Positions 1 through 18,785 of a DNA stretch of 64,000 bases are shown here, piece after piece. Numbering within the stretch: the stretch's first letter is position 1; every line of letters begins with the position of its first letter. Origin of the DNA: the human T2T-CHM13v2.0 reference genome, Homo sapiens. Below the pieces are notes generated by a model. The model was not told the DNA's origin and did not search any database. It was given only the letters and a program-made list of their open reading frames with translations. The DNA is taken from the NCBI RefSeq assembly GCF_009914755.1, contig NC_060936.1. One strand, written 5' to 3'. The position numbers were made by a program, and so were the translations under genes.

Positions 1-277
<277 letters not shown>

Positions 278-960
278 CTATTAATTTAATTGTGATCTTT
301 TTTATATGCGCTTGTTAGCCTGTACATAGCTCAAATTTATAGCTTCAGAACACTATAACAGATGTTTTAAATATCTCATTTTCTACCAACATGAGAAATC
401 CTAGATTTCTAAAACCTAGAGGCAGTTAATATCATCCTAAAGGCAAAGACAACGAGAAAAAGTAATATAATATGTTGTTAAAGTAGCCTTTTATATAACA
501 TAAATATTTTGAACAAGATCAAAGAAACCACCTGATCCACATTTAATCAAAGGACTATTTTTTTCTAACTACATAAGTGGAAAAGACTTATCAGAGGAAT
601 TTTAAAATTCCTGTATCTTATATTTTCTCTATCAGGATCCTTACTGATTTAACTTGTTTCAACACTAATGTAATAACCTTCCACAAATGAAAGGCTTTTT
701 TCTGAAAAACAAATTATACAACATATAGCACAGGTAGATGGAAAAAAACTAAAAGGATATGTGATAGCCATCTCTGGATGGTAGAAGATGAAAAAAGACT
801 TAGTTTTTTCATAATCCTTAAATATTTTTGTATGCACAAAAGATCCCTTCAAAGACAAAAAGTGGCCCTTACAAAAATAACACATCACCAGAATATACTT
901 TCTCAAACTGAGTGAGTATCTTTTGTGACTGCTACTTGCACTGAAGTCTGCCTCTGACTT

Positions 961-1247
961 TATTTTTTTGAGATGGGGGTCCTGCTGTGTCGCCCAGGGT
1001 GAAGTACAACAGGCACGATCATGGCTGATTGCAGCCTTGAACTCTTGGGCTCAAGTGATCATCCTGCCTCAGCTTCCTCAGTAGCTGGGATGACCGGTGT
1101 GTGCCACCACACCCAGCTAATTTTTAAATTTTTCTTTTGTAGAGACAGGGTCTCACTATGTTGACTAGGCAGGTTTCAAACTCCTGGGCTCAAGCGATCC
1201 TCCCAACTCAGTGCTGGGATTACAGGCACGAGCCACCATGCCCAGCC
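961..1247 (-). mobile_element. AluJ
   Basis: Alu; TSD CTGCCTCTGACTT. Confidence 0.9.
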
Positions 1248-1978
1248 CTGCCTCTGACTTCAAGGGGTTTACAATCTAGTGGAGAAGATAAGGCACAGAT
1301 CCATGGTATAATTAAACAACTAAAAGATTTAGTCACAAGACAAAGGGCAAGATCAATACAATTTTTAGGAATTGAGAAGGAGAAGGCTCAGTGGGGGCCT
1401 AAGTGATTGGGCATGACTTCAAAGAGGAAGACTGTAAGCCCCATCAGGGCAAGGGCCACCACTGGGTTGTCTGCCAGTGTATATGGGTGTCCAGCTCAGG
1501 GCCAACTTATATAAATATTTGTTGGTGGAGTAATTAATGGAGGAGAGAATCTGGTTTTGAAGGACAGCTTTCAGGAGACAGCAAGAAACCTACTATAGCT
1601 AGACTAAAGGAAAAGAAGGTTCAGGTAATTCTGGGTTATAAACTGGTCTTTATACTATGAATAAGTGGGTTTTCAACTTTTCTAATAAACAGAATGAAAG
1701 TGTGTCCTTGGAAGAGAAATTAGGCAGTAACTGTGCTAGGCTACATGGAGGGGTGATAAGAGGTAGCATGACCACCAGCAAGATATTGCTATAAAATGGC
1801 GTGAGTTTAGAAGGGCCTGGCCTGGAGCCTAACAGAGAAATAGAAGGAGCAGAAACTAGAGGTGGAGGAAAATTTGCTGGCAGATCCTACAGGGAGGAAA
1901 GAGAAAAGGGAAGGATTTCAGTCCTTTCCATAATTTTGTGACTGGATGACTGAAAGAATGCTTTTAAACATTTATTAA

Positions 1979-2081
1979 TCCATCCGTCCATGCATCTATG
2001 CATCCATGCATGCATGCATGCATCCATCCATCCATCCATCCATCCATCCATCCATCCATCCATCCATCCATCCATCCATCC
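1979..2081. repeat. Compound (CATG)n/(CCAT)n tetranucleotide microsatellite
   Basis: Read directly; gives the MDGW-repeat ORF artefact. Confidence 0.95.
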
Positions 2082-2372
2082 AACATTCATTGCTGCTACC
2101 GCATGGGGATTCTCAATCTTATAAAAAAGAGCAACTCTCCCTTTCCCTAATTACACCTGTCAGTTGACTGAGTCTCTGATGTGTTCCAGGATCTATGCCT
2201 GACACTGGGATAGGATAATAAAGATGGTCTCTACCCGGAAGAGATGAGAAAGAAGAAGATAAGTAAAAGTTAAGGCTGCTCTGATAACTACAAGTTAAGA
2301 AAACAGATAAGTCTGTTTTCTTCCCATTCTTCCCAACTTCAAACAGGATCCAGCCTGATAAACTGGCCTTGA

Positions 2373-2706
<334 letters not shown>

Positions 2707-3303
2707 TAGGCTTAAATTATATAAATCACTGATTTTGTTATACAACTATATGCATTCTTTTAGATCCGGTTTGAACTGATCTTAAAAAAATACTAACAAG
2801 AATGTAGGTGTAAGTGTTTTACTACCATGCAGGAAGAGATTGCCCAAATAGAATACCCTATAGAAACCCAAAGTAAGTCCAGAAAAGAAAACACTGGAAG
2901 ACAATACCATGGTTATTTGAACAGCAGTGACAGACTGCTCTATCTGGGGATTTCCGCTGATCTTTTCTAAAAGGATTCCAGAAGAAACCATCTTATCTTA
3001 TCATCTACGCATATCTCAGTGGGAGGCACAAACCTACTTACATTGAATCAGGCAGGACTCCTTCCCCTTCTCAGCCTGAAACTTAAAACAGCAAAGTTGC
3101 CAGGAGTTGCCTCAAATGAATGAAGTACCACTCCTGCCTGCTCTTGTATATTTTGTGCATTTGGAATCAATCCAAACTCCAAAATGGAAATAAAAGTACT
3201 TAACCTCACAAAGTTGTTGGAGGATTAAATCATTTGAGCTTTATTATCCAAAGTAATTAACATGTTTGAAAGATGCAAATTTAAGACTTAAAATCCAACT
3301 TTA

Positions 3304-3477
<174 letters not shown>

Positions 3478-3825
3478 TCACAGCAACAGTAGATATGTCT
3501 TGCAAAGTAAAGAGTAATCAGAACATCACAAAAATGAGTACTGGAAAATCAGAATTTTAAATAAAAATAAAAAGCATCAGTTAACAGGATGGATCACTTA
3601 AATACAAAAATAAAAATAAAAAAGCAAATCTTTAGTATTGACCTGCAAGGTTATAGGAATGTCCTTAGGATTATAGGAACATAGGTGCTTCAATTAAAGC
3701 TGTGTAGCCTTGGGAGGACATTTCACCTTTGTGCTTGTGCCTTTCTTTTTAGGAGAAGATATCATCTCTAATATAAATGTTGTCTCAATGTCATTCTTTG
3801 GACAAAAAACATTTTGGCTAAAGAG

Positions 3826-4123
<298 letters not shown>

Positions 4124-4482
4124 TGAGATGTTTTAAACCTAGCTTAAAACCAATCTAAATTACTTCCTGAACAGCTTCAACATATCCAAAACTGACCCAG
4201 ATATTTTGGAGGCCACTAAATTATAGATATAAGACACACTCCCTGAACTCAAGGTTGGAGAACTGAAGCAATCAGAGATGGCTACAAAGAGAATGGACTT
4301 CTGACCTGACTTCAGGTCAGGCTTAGGGGAAGGAAAGAATTTTAAGCAATGGAAGAAAAGGCATAGGATGAAGAATACAAAGTCTACTACGTTCTTTAAT
4401 TTTAGTCCTGATTTCGTGGCCTTGAATAAGCCATTCATCACTTTTCCCCCTTCCCAAATCCACCAGTATCGAGGGCCTATTA

Positions 4483-4775
<293 letters not shown>

Positions 4776-4877
4776 CAGAAAAGATTTCCCAATCTAAGAT
4801 TAAGTAAGAGGTAGCTCAAACTAAAAATAACTCTAAGCTCACATGATGTTGGTATTATAAAACAAAATTCTTCTTCT

Positions 4878-5030
4878 TTTTTTTAAGAGACGGAATTCTC
4901 ACTGTCACCCGGGCTGAAGTGCAGTAGCATGACCATGGCTCACTGTAGCCTCAAATTCCTGGGCTCAAGCAATCCTCCCGGCTCAGCCTCCTGAGTTGCT
5001 GGGTTATAGGCATAAGCCACTACACCTAGT
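4878..5030 (-). mobile_element. FRAM/FAM Alu monomer
   Basis: Right-arm type monomer. Confidence 0.8.
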
Positions 5031-5187
5031 TAAAATCTATTTTAGTAAAGAGAGTTTTTTAAAACCTGCTTTTGTCATTTCACACTTTCTCAATAAAAAA
5101 CAAACTAAGCATGAAACCTAAATTTAACATATGTAGACTTTTTACTACTTAGAACAGTCGTAGTGTGTAAAATAAAATAAATAATAT

Positions 5188-5539
<352 letters not shown>

Positions 5540-5845
5540 TCAGATTCTTGTTCCATTCCCCTCCCATTTGAAACTACAGCTGTCTTTTGCCACTAAAAAC
5601 AGTACTTCATTTGACAGCTATGGAAAGAGCCTATGCCATTCAATAGCTGGTTTATGAGAAGCACTGAGTTTATCTAGCAAAAACACAACATGTGTATCAG
5701 TACTTCCCTTTGTCCTGTGTATTCTAAATCTCTGCCAAAAGCAGAAGTAAGAAAGTACAGAGGGACAGGATATCCTTAAATTATTCAGTTGGCTTTATGT
5801 CATTCCAGACAGAAACCTAGTGCCTGATTCATCCTTAGAAATTTA

Positions 5846-6118
<273 letters not shown>

Positions 6119-6860
6119 CTAAAAGGTAGGTCTTCCTCATGAGCAGTCTGTCACTAGGCAAGCTTTGAAGTGCTGAAGCCTTTTCCCTAAAGAGAAATGA
6201 GGAAATCCTGGTTTTTCAGGATTCACCTATTATCTCCAATATAGCTCTTGGCTTAAGAGAGTGAAGTTAAGAAGAAAAGCATGGACACCATTTCTTAAGG
6301 AGAGTAACAGAAACCCAGTACCTCCAAATTTACTTATAGAACACATTGACTTTACGGTTGTGGCCACATTTTGACGTTCTTGTCCATTTTGATACAATTT
6401 TAATGCATATTATATATGCATATTAAGTCACTGTACATCCAATACAGTTCAGCAAATATTCCAGAGACCCTAGTAGTAGGTGTTGGGTAACTATGTTTGG
6501 TACTGAGACTACACTAGCCTTTTTGTGATGCCAAACCACTTAATTTCAATAAGCCTGTTATCTCATCTGTGAAGATAAAACTGATATTTGCAAGGCTATG
6601 GTGAGGATTTAAAGAGCCAGTGAATATAAAGGCCTGATTACAGCAAGTTCCTTCACTCAAACACAGTGTTTTTGCTTTTTTCTTTCCTTCTTTTTTCCTT
6701 ACTAAACAGACATAGCTCTATAATCTTGAAGCTTACAGTCTAGTAGAAGATAGACTATTATCATAAGGAAATAACTATCAGGATAAGAATACTACTATTA
6801 CTAATAATAGTAAAAGCTAATACTTATGTAGAACTTGTTATAATTAAAGCATTATTCCTG

Positions 6861-6979
6861 TTTTTTTTAGACAGGGGTCTATGTTTCCCAGGATAGTCTC
6901 AAACTCCTGGGCTCAAAGATCCTCCCGCCTCAGCCTCTCCAGTAGCTGGGACTACAGGCGTGTCCACTGCACCCAGCTA
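6861..6979 (-). mobile_element. FLAM/FAM monomer
   Basis: Alu monomer. Confidence 0.8.
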
Positions 6980-7455
6980 CGGTACTATTCTAAGCACTGT
7001 CCACATTTAGCTCATTAATCAAACCTTGTAACAACCTTCTGAGGCAAGTAACTAGGGCTATGATAGTGCTATATAAATATGTGGGAGTGACCCTCTAAAC
7101 TCCACTCTCGAGTAGTTGGGGAACGTACCTTCTTGGAATTAATAATATTAGCCAGGTGAAATGATGCACGGGTATGGGCTTGGGATGGTCAAAGATGTTC
7201 TGAATTAAAAAGCAGCTACATGTATGAATGCCCTGAGGTGAAAATGCACACATGGATGGATGATCAAAGAACCGAAAGCCGTTCAGTTCAGGCAACGTAT
7301 ATGTAAAGTATATAAGCAATCTACAAATCCACGTATTAGGCAACGTGGTGACGGGGGTGATATACAAAGAGAGGCACCCGAGTTTCATAAAGGCAAGAAG
7401 AGTTGGCTGATGGATAAACCAACTGGGTGGTTGGCAAAATGCTGGAGAAGCCCAC

Positions 7456-7543
7456 CTGTCAGCAACAGCCTGTACTGGGGGATCCTCTGAACCGGCTTGA
7501 GCAGGTAGTGCTTGAGGGCCAGATTAGCACAGCGAGGGCTCAT
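7456..7543 (-). CDS. FGD6: FGD6 coding exon (probably exon 8, 88 nt), DH domain CR3
   Basis: Acceptor tcctttcag|ATGAGC, donor GACAG|gtgggc; MSPRCANLALKHYLLKPVQRIPQYRLLLT, containing the DH signature L-x-P-V-Q-R-I-P-x-Y. Confidence 0.95.
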
Positions 7544-8795
7544 CTGAAAGGAGAAGGCATCTAAATTAACACAGTGTTTTCTAAGAAGCAAGGGACCCAG
7601 ATTCAAGTGCTCAGGAAGCCAAACTTTAAACATCAAGCAACTCTGGAAGGAGATTCGTAGAGAGGCTCCCTTTTATTTTAAGGTACAGCTGTTAGATACA
7701 CTGAGAGTGAACCCCAGCCAGACTGACCACCAACCTCCACCCTTTCCTGTAGGCAGTCCCTGAAACCATTTGCTCCTAGGAAAAACTTGTTAACAACCCT
7801 CTCAAAGAGCGTGGTAGCCACAGTCTGTGTCCTAGGCTAGTTAGAGCCCACCCTACTCAGCAGCTCCCACTTGTATTGATAAATACAAACAAATCCCAAT
7901 GGACCAAGAAGGAAATGCATGGCCCCTAAAATAAGGCAGTGGAAATACAACTGCCAGGAATTGGATTCAAATGATAATCAGAGCCTTGTGGTCAATATAG
8001 TCAAAATAATGGTGGTGGCAGGGAGAACTGTAGAAAGTAAAGATAACCTGAAAAGCGGCCTTGCTAAGTATCCCTTCTTTAAGAAGTCTGAAGAATGTAA
8101 AAGTCTTTTGCAGATGAATGGCCTTATAAAAAGATAGCCCCCAAATCACAGCATTTATAGGAACATTTGATTATGGAACCACATTTTGGCTTGACTACAA
8201 AGACATTTGGTTATCCCTTGAAACCTCTCTTCCTTAGTATGTACAACAGACATCTATCTCGGCCCATTCCTGAGCCTCACCCTCATTCTCCAACCTAAGA
8301 GTTTACTGTGAGGTGGCATCAAAAAGGCCAAGTGAAAATGTCCCTGCATCCTAAGAACTACAAAAAAGAGTCACGCTTCTAACATAGCGCAAGTTGGTTG
8401 ATAAGTTTTGTTAGATTTGCTCAGACTTTTATCATTTTCTAAATATGTACCACCACTATCTGGTACACAGAGTGATTATGAAATTATAATGATAATGCAT
8501 GTTAAGAAAGTATCTTTCATCCAAGCATCATTAACCCAGATTACTAATTCTCCTGGCCTTATGGCTCCCCGTTTTCTTTTGCTAACAAGGTAACACAACT
8601 CACTGGACTCTTACCAAAACCTGGGTCAATCATCAGTTGCCACAATTACATTGCACTTTGTTTTTTGATAGCACAAAGACAACAGAGGAGAGGAAAAGAA
8701 GAAAAAATTACAGATGACTTTAAAATTTAATTATTTGTCTATTGCACAAATCAGAAATCAGCAATACCATACTATTTTAAAAACTTTTCATTTCG

Positions 8796-9181
<386 letters not shown>

Positions 9182-9467
9182 CTAAAATACAGTACGCAAA
9201 TTTTACTCCAAACTGATGGAGGGGACTTGTGATTTTATCTCTAATTAAATCAGGGTTCCACCCTCACAGCTCTGAGTTAAAAGTCAAAGCTTTGGCTGAC
9301 ACATGCTCTGAACAGGTTGTTACTTTTTCTTAACTTTGGCACCAAAACCATGTTATTTATTTATCTAAAGGGAAATATAAATTCTATTTCCCATCCATCA
9401 TTGTAAGTTAATTGTTAGGATAAAAGAAGAAGTTAAATTAAAAGTTAAGACATGTTCCTTAATCAAG

Positions 9468-9690
9468 TTCATTGAGTCAGAAAGCAGAATGGTGGTTGCC
9501 AAGGGCTGGGAGGGAAGAGAGAATAGAGTTAATGTTTAATGCCTATAGAGCTTCAGTTTTGCAAGTTGAAAAGAGTTCTGGGGATCTGGTTGCACAAGAA
9601 TGTCAACGTACTTAACATTACTGAACTATAAACTTGAAAACTGTTAAAATGCTAAGTTTGTGTTGTATGTATTTTACCACAGTTTAAAAA
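9468..9690 (+). mobile_element. L1M (L1MB-like) 3' end fragment
   Basis: AGAAAGCAGAATGGTGGTTGCCAAGGGCTGG..GTATTTTACCACAG, typical old L1 3' UTR. Confidence 0.75.
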
Positions 9691-9712
9691 GTCCCATCAA
9701 AATATTCTTTCC

Positions 9713-10006
<294 letters not shown>

Positions 10007-10238
10007 TTCTTTCCAAGTCAAAATATTCCCATGTGCAATAACAGATTTTCAAAATTAAGTCATGTACATTCTTGAGTTCTCACCATTTAAATTGTTCAAT
10101 TCCATCTTTGATTTTGAAGGGATTACTTTTTAACTTTTTCTTTGTTTGCAAGCTTTGTTTTCAATGACTGCAACTTGTTATTAAAGCTTCAACAACAAAA
10201 AGAAAGAGAAGTGTTCAACATTAGATAGTAGCAAATAC

Positions 10239-10395
10239 CTCAAATTCTCTAACAACAGCAGCAAAACCTGGATTTTTCTTGCACTGTTCATCCAGCAAGG
10301 CTATATTCTTATCAAATTCTTTGATGTATGTGGAATACATTTTTAGATATGGTCCCTTCTTTACAAAGATATCAGCAATTCTCTGTTGTTCAGTC
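10239..10395 (-). CDS. FGD6: FGD6 coding exon (probably exon 7, 157 nt), DH domain
   Basis: Acceptor tctatccatag|GACTG, donor TTTGAG|gtattt; TEQQRIADIFVKKGPYLKMYSTYIKEFDKNIALLDEQCKKNPGFAAVVREFE (inside ORF 10221..10616). Confidence 0.95.
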
Positions 10396-10499
10396 CTATG
10401 GATAGAGAAGAGATACACAAAAAAATATAAAGAGAGATTGATGAACATACGCAATGATACGCAGAGTCCACATCTAAGCCGCCAACTTATCTTTTTTTC

Positions 10500-10925
10500 T
10501 CTTCTTGTAAGACATACCTCAAAATGCCTACTTTTCACCATTTCCACTGCCACCATCCCATCTTGCCTGGACTCTAACTGGTCTCCCTGCTTCCATTCTT
10601 GCCCTCTCCAAACCATTCTTCAACACAAGGAGAGACTCTTAAAAAATGTTTACCATGGCTGGGTGCAGTGGCTCATACCTGTAATCCCAGCACTTTGGGA
10701 GCCGAGGTGGGCAGATCACCAGAGGTTAGGAGCTCAAGACCAGCCTGACCAACATGGAGAAACCCAGTCTCTACCAAAAATACAAAATTAGTCGGGCATG
10801 GTGGTGCATGCCTGTAATCCCAAGACAGGAGAATTGTTTGAACCCGGGAGGGGGAGGTTGCAGTGAGCCGAAATTGTGCCACTGCACTCCAGTCTGGGCA
10901 ACAGAGCAAGATTCTGTCTCAAAAA

Positions 10926-10972
<47 letters not shown>

Positions 10973-11755
10973 CTCACTCACTCACTCCTTGGACGGGCAC
11001 GATGGCTCACGCCTGTAATCCCAGCATTTTGGGAGGCCGAGACGGGCAGATTACTTCTGATCAGGAGTTTGAGACCAGCCTGGCCAACATGGTAAAACCC
11101 TGCCTCTACTAAAAATACAAATATTAGCTGGGCATGGTGGCAGGCGCCTGTAATCCTAGGTACTTGGGAGGCTGAGGCAGGAGAATCGCTTGAACCCGGT
11201 AGGTAGAGGTTGCAGCGAGCCGAGATTGTGCCCACTGCACTCCAGCCTAGGCGACAGAGTGAGACAATGTCTCAAAAGAAAAAGAAAAAAAAAAAAAAAC
11301 TTCTTACCTGGCATACAAAGGCCTGCCCTTTCTGACCCCTGTCACACTTCTCTTCCTCTTCCCCATTTCTCTCCCACCACACTGGCCTTCTTTATCTTCT
11401 TTGGAGACATGGAATTCATTTCCACTATGCAGACTTCCACTAATGGTTCTACATGCCTGGAAATATAGAACCCTGGCTGGCTGCTCCTTTCCTTTCAGAT
11501 ATCACTGTAAATATGCCACCTTCACAGAGGGCTTTCCCTGACCACTCAAGCTTCATTTGCTACCACAGCGTCCTATTTCAGGTCTCTGCAACTCAGAAAC
11601 TGCTTCTGGTAGTTTTCTTGTCTATTTATCTGGTCCTTCCCCTACTAAATGTCTGCTCCATGAAAGCAGGATGTCTGTTTTGTGCACTGTGATATCCTCT
11701 GCATACTTAGAGCACAGACTAGCACATAGTAGATATGCAAACCTTCTTGAATGTG
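10500..11755 (+). mobile_element. L2 3' fragment interrupted by two Alus
   Basis: CTCCATGAAAGCAGG..AGCACATAGTAGATATGC..TTGAATG, L2 3' terminus. Confidence 0.55.
10657..11299 (+). mobile_element. Two tandem AluS (10657-10972 with (TAAA)n tail; 10991-11299)
   Basis: Alu dimers. Confidence 0.9.
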
Positions 11756-11885
11756 AAAATAAAATATTTCATCAATTGTTGTTAAAAGCCAATGGAAAAA
11801 TGTTATTTCAGAAAGTCAACTAACACCAAAGAATATGTATTGACTTGAACCCTAAGAGAAAAATATTTTAATAAATAGAAAATTA

Positions 11886-12179
11886 GGCTAGGTGCAGTGG
11901 CTCATGCCTGTAATCCTAGCACTTTGGGAGGCTGAGGCGAGAGGATCACTTGAGCCCAGGAGCACAAGACCAGCCAAGGAAACACAGGGCAACCTGTCTC
12001 TACAAAAAATTAAAAAAATTAGCCAGGCGTGGTGGGGCACACCTGCAGTCCCAGCTACTTGGGTGGGTGAGGTGGAAGGATCACTTAAGCCTAGGGAAGT
12101 CAAGGCTGCAGTGAGCCATGGTCACACCACTGAACTCTGGCCTGGGCAAGAGGTGAAAATCTGTCTCAAAAAAAAAAAA
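11886..12179 (+). mobile_element. AluJ
   Basis: Alu dimer. Confidence 0.9.
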
Positions 12180-12234
12180 TCGGAAGCAAATAAGCCCCAA
12201 TTTTTTTTTTTTAACTTAAGAAAAAAAAAAAGAT

Positions 12235-12664
12235 TTGTTTTTTAGTAGAGACAAGGTTTCACCATGTTGGCCAGGCTGGTCTCAAACTCCTGACCTCAGC
12301 TTATCTGCCTGTCTCGGCCTCCCAAAATACTGGGATTAAAGGTGTGAGCCACAGCGCCCAGCCAGTTATATTTTATTTCTATCATGACTTTTTTTTTTTT
12401 TTTAAAGGAGTCTCGCTCTGTCACCCAGAATGGAGTGCAGTGGCACAATCTCGGCTCACTGCAGCCTCCGCCTCCCAGTTCAGCCTCCCGAGTAGTTGGG
12501 ATTACAGGCATCTGCCATCATGTCTGGCTAATTTTTGTAAGTTTACTAGAGACGAGGTTTTGCCATGTTGGCTAGGCTGGTCTCGAGCTCCTGACCTCAA
12601 GTGACCCACCCGCCGCAGCCTCCCAAAGTGCTGGGATTACAGGCATGAGCCACCGTGCTCGGCC
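12235..12664 (-). mobile_element. Alu left arm (12235-12363) plus AluS with internal deletion (12389-12664)
   Basis: Alu sequence. Confidence 0.88.
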
Positions 12665-13103
12665 TATCACGACCTTTAAAGACTACATTTTAGTCATTTC
12701 TCAGTCCTAAATTGTGTATTATTTTATACTTAGGCTACGGCTATGTATTAATTGCTTATCTGCCATATTTACCCAACATATAGAGGCAAGATATTTCCAA
12801 AACAAGCAGAGGTATTTTTCTGGTTTATATATAAAGAAAGCTTAGAGAAATTTTGAACATGAAAGTAGGTGATACTATTTTCTTATTCTAATCATGTTGT
12901 GTTCCCCATGGTTTTCAACAGTAAATTCAATCCTCCTACACCCATCTTTCTACATTATTTCCACAGAAGTCACCAAGCCTCTGCATACTTATTTTCTTCA
13001 GCCTAGTGGAAGTAGCTTCCAATACCAACCTTTTGGTATTCTTTTCCTATTCTTAAATCTACAGCTTCTACAAGCATGTCATACATATATAAATTTGCCT
13101 TTC

Positions 13104-13390
<287 letters not shown>

Positions 13391-13670
13391 TCAGTGAACG
13401 GCCTCTTTTTCAAAACTGGAAAGGGAGTTTCATGACCTGCAGCTCCAGAAGGTAAATAAAACATTTAGAAACTATTCTAATGTGAATATAGCATATAGCA
13501 TCTATCTACACTGAATCTCAAAAATCTTGATTGCCCAAGTTCACCTATAGAAATTTAAATCGGCTGCATCTTGCTTCTGAGGCAGGATTACGAAAGATTT
13601 GTTTAAAATAATAGTATTGAGCTTGGTGTGCCAAGGTTGTGAATTTTGGGCCATTGAAAATAATCAATCT

Positions 13671-14267
<597 letters not shown>

Positions 14268-14731
14268 CTATTACAGTCCAGAGCAGGAAAAACAATACAC
14301 ACACATGTAACTTGATAACAAGCTTTTATCCTCAGTCCCCCTCCTCCCTAAAATGATACAGATTGCACAGCTGTATTTCTCATGCAGAATTACAAATCTA
14401 AAGTACCCCCTTCCTCCTACCCGACTCACCTAGATAGGAAATTAAAAATAAAAAATAGTGAGACGATTATTTGATTTTCAAACATACTATATGATATTTA
14501 TCTTAAACCTTTTAGTTTGATCTCTAAACTTAGCAATTATACTAAGCGAGTGTCTGGAAATTGTAATGCAATTCTAAATAGTCTTTAGAATTATTCCAAT
14601 ACCATCAATATAAACACAATCCATTTATTTTAAAAGTTCCCAGGAGATCTTAGCTAATTTTATTCTGGATTTAAGAGTCCCACTGTCCACTTTCAGTCAT
14701 CATTTCCCAACAACTGGAGCATCCTAGGTGA

Positions 14732-15314
<583 letters not shown>

Positions 15315-17109
15315 TGATAATCAGAATCCTGGATCCAAGCCTTTGCTCCTTATTTACTGTGTTTCCTTGGGCCAGCCTGATTTCCCTCATCTGCTAAATG
15401 AGTATAATACTAGTTATGAGACTTTAATTAGATATTGCACATAAAACTTTTTTTGCAATGCAGTTGGCACACAGAATGAAACATTTTAACTCTGGACCTG
15501 AAATTCTCCCCTCCCTCTTGTCAACCTCTCAATAAATTCACCAGGGTTTACACTTTTCACAAATAAGAATCTTTCTCTTCACCTATTATTTTTCATTTAC
15601 TGTTCTCTAGACTATCTGTACCGTGTTTTAATATAGGTCAATATCACCGCACCCTATTACTCCAGAGCACTTGGAAAGGGTGGGGTAGGAGATAAGTATT
15701 TGCCTAGATTTCATTGTCCCCTAAGGGTGGGCCTCAAGATATAAGTAAAACAGAGTGAAATCTGTTCCACAGTCCTGAGGATTCAAAAACAAAGATTTTT
15801 TCCTTTTTAGAAACAGCAGTTTTAATTAAAATCTGAAAGCAAAGTTTGGGTAAATGACTAATAGGCCTTATCTTCCCTTACCTTTATTTCCAACTGCTTT
15901 CCCTTCAGGGATTTACCGGGCAAATGAAATCAACCAAAAAAGTATACTGTTCCTTCCAATGATCCTTTCAACACCTGCCCCTAACATACATATATTAACC
16001 ATGAGGTTTGTTTTTTTTTGTTTTTTTTTTTTTAACTCTGGACAACCAAAAACCTCATAGATAACTTAAAGTATATGAAAGGATTCTTTTTCTAAAGGAT
16101 GGCTATTTTGAAGAAGTCCAATCCTCTTATGCTTAATCAATGCTAAAAAACCTTTCACTTAGGACTCAGTACCTGGGACTAAGTTTATTGATCCCACAGT
16201 CACATTAGCCCAAAGGAGCCAACTACTCACACCAGTAACTAAAGGACTAACTTGTATACCTAATTAGTATCATATAAAATAAGAGCATTTAATTCTCATA
16301 GTATTATAAGCTCTAATCCAGAAAACCACTCAGAACATCTCCAGAAACCAAATGGATATCAGCCATATTTCACCTCCCAACAGCTTGCTTCAATCAGCAC
16401 TCACATTTACTAAGAGAAAATAGAGCCACTTAACACTTTTGAAAATCATTAGGCTGTCTGCTATCATGCAGGGCTATAGAATACATTTACACATCATGAA
16501 TAATGTATTCAAAGCAGAATAGTTAAACATCCTCTATGGTTATCTTTTTTGCTTTTGTTTTGACCAGTTTAGTGATTAATATAATCTGGATGCAAGAGTT
16601 CCTTGCTCAGCAAAGCAATAAGCGCCACCCTTTCTTCTGGTGGAGTAAGTAATGGCTATATTTGTCTCCTGGCAGCAGGATAACTTTTGTTTCCCAGTTG
16701 GAAGGTATTTCCTCTGCCATGACAGTGACAGTGATGTTAGCTGCTAAGTAACTTAAGGACCCGGTTTGACACAGCTTTTGCCAGACCCTGCATTCCACAT
16801 GTCTGCCACCATTGCCAAAAAGGGAACTTGTTTATTTAAGACGCATTTAACAGAGACCAGCCAAATACAAACTGAACTGACCAGTGAGATGGCTGCCTCT
16901 AAATGGAGGCCCTTGTCACACACCAGGCAAAACTCTGCTTTTCCCAGTACTACTGGATGTTTTCAGGTAGATCGGAATGGACTGATGGCCCACAATGTTT
17001 TCTTTTAAATTAAAAGCAGTATGTCAGAATAAAATAGAAATTTAATAATTAAAATAGCAGAAGTACACTTAATAAAGGCTATAAGAATTTTGAGAGTATA
17101 TATCCATGA

Positions 17110-18018
<909 letters not shown>

Positions 18019-18049
18019 ACCAGAGAATTACATATTCTAAGTAAGCACT

Positions 18050-18785
<736 letters not shown>

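Noticed and set aside
1887-2090. MDGW-repeat ORF
   Set aside because: Translation of the (ATGG)n microsatellite.
10279-10791. 170-aa + strand ORF
   Set aside because: Antisense shadow of the 157-nt FGD6 exon running into L2 and Alu sequence.
16620-16645. CTCF-like motif (CCACCAGAAGAAAGGGTGGCGC on the minus strand)
   Set aside because: Spacing does not fit the CCASYAGRKGGCRS core.
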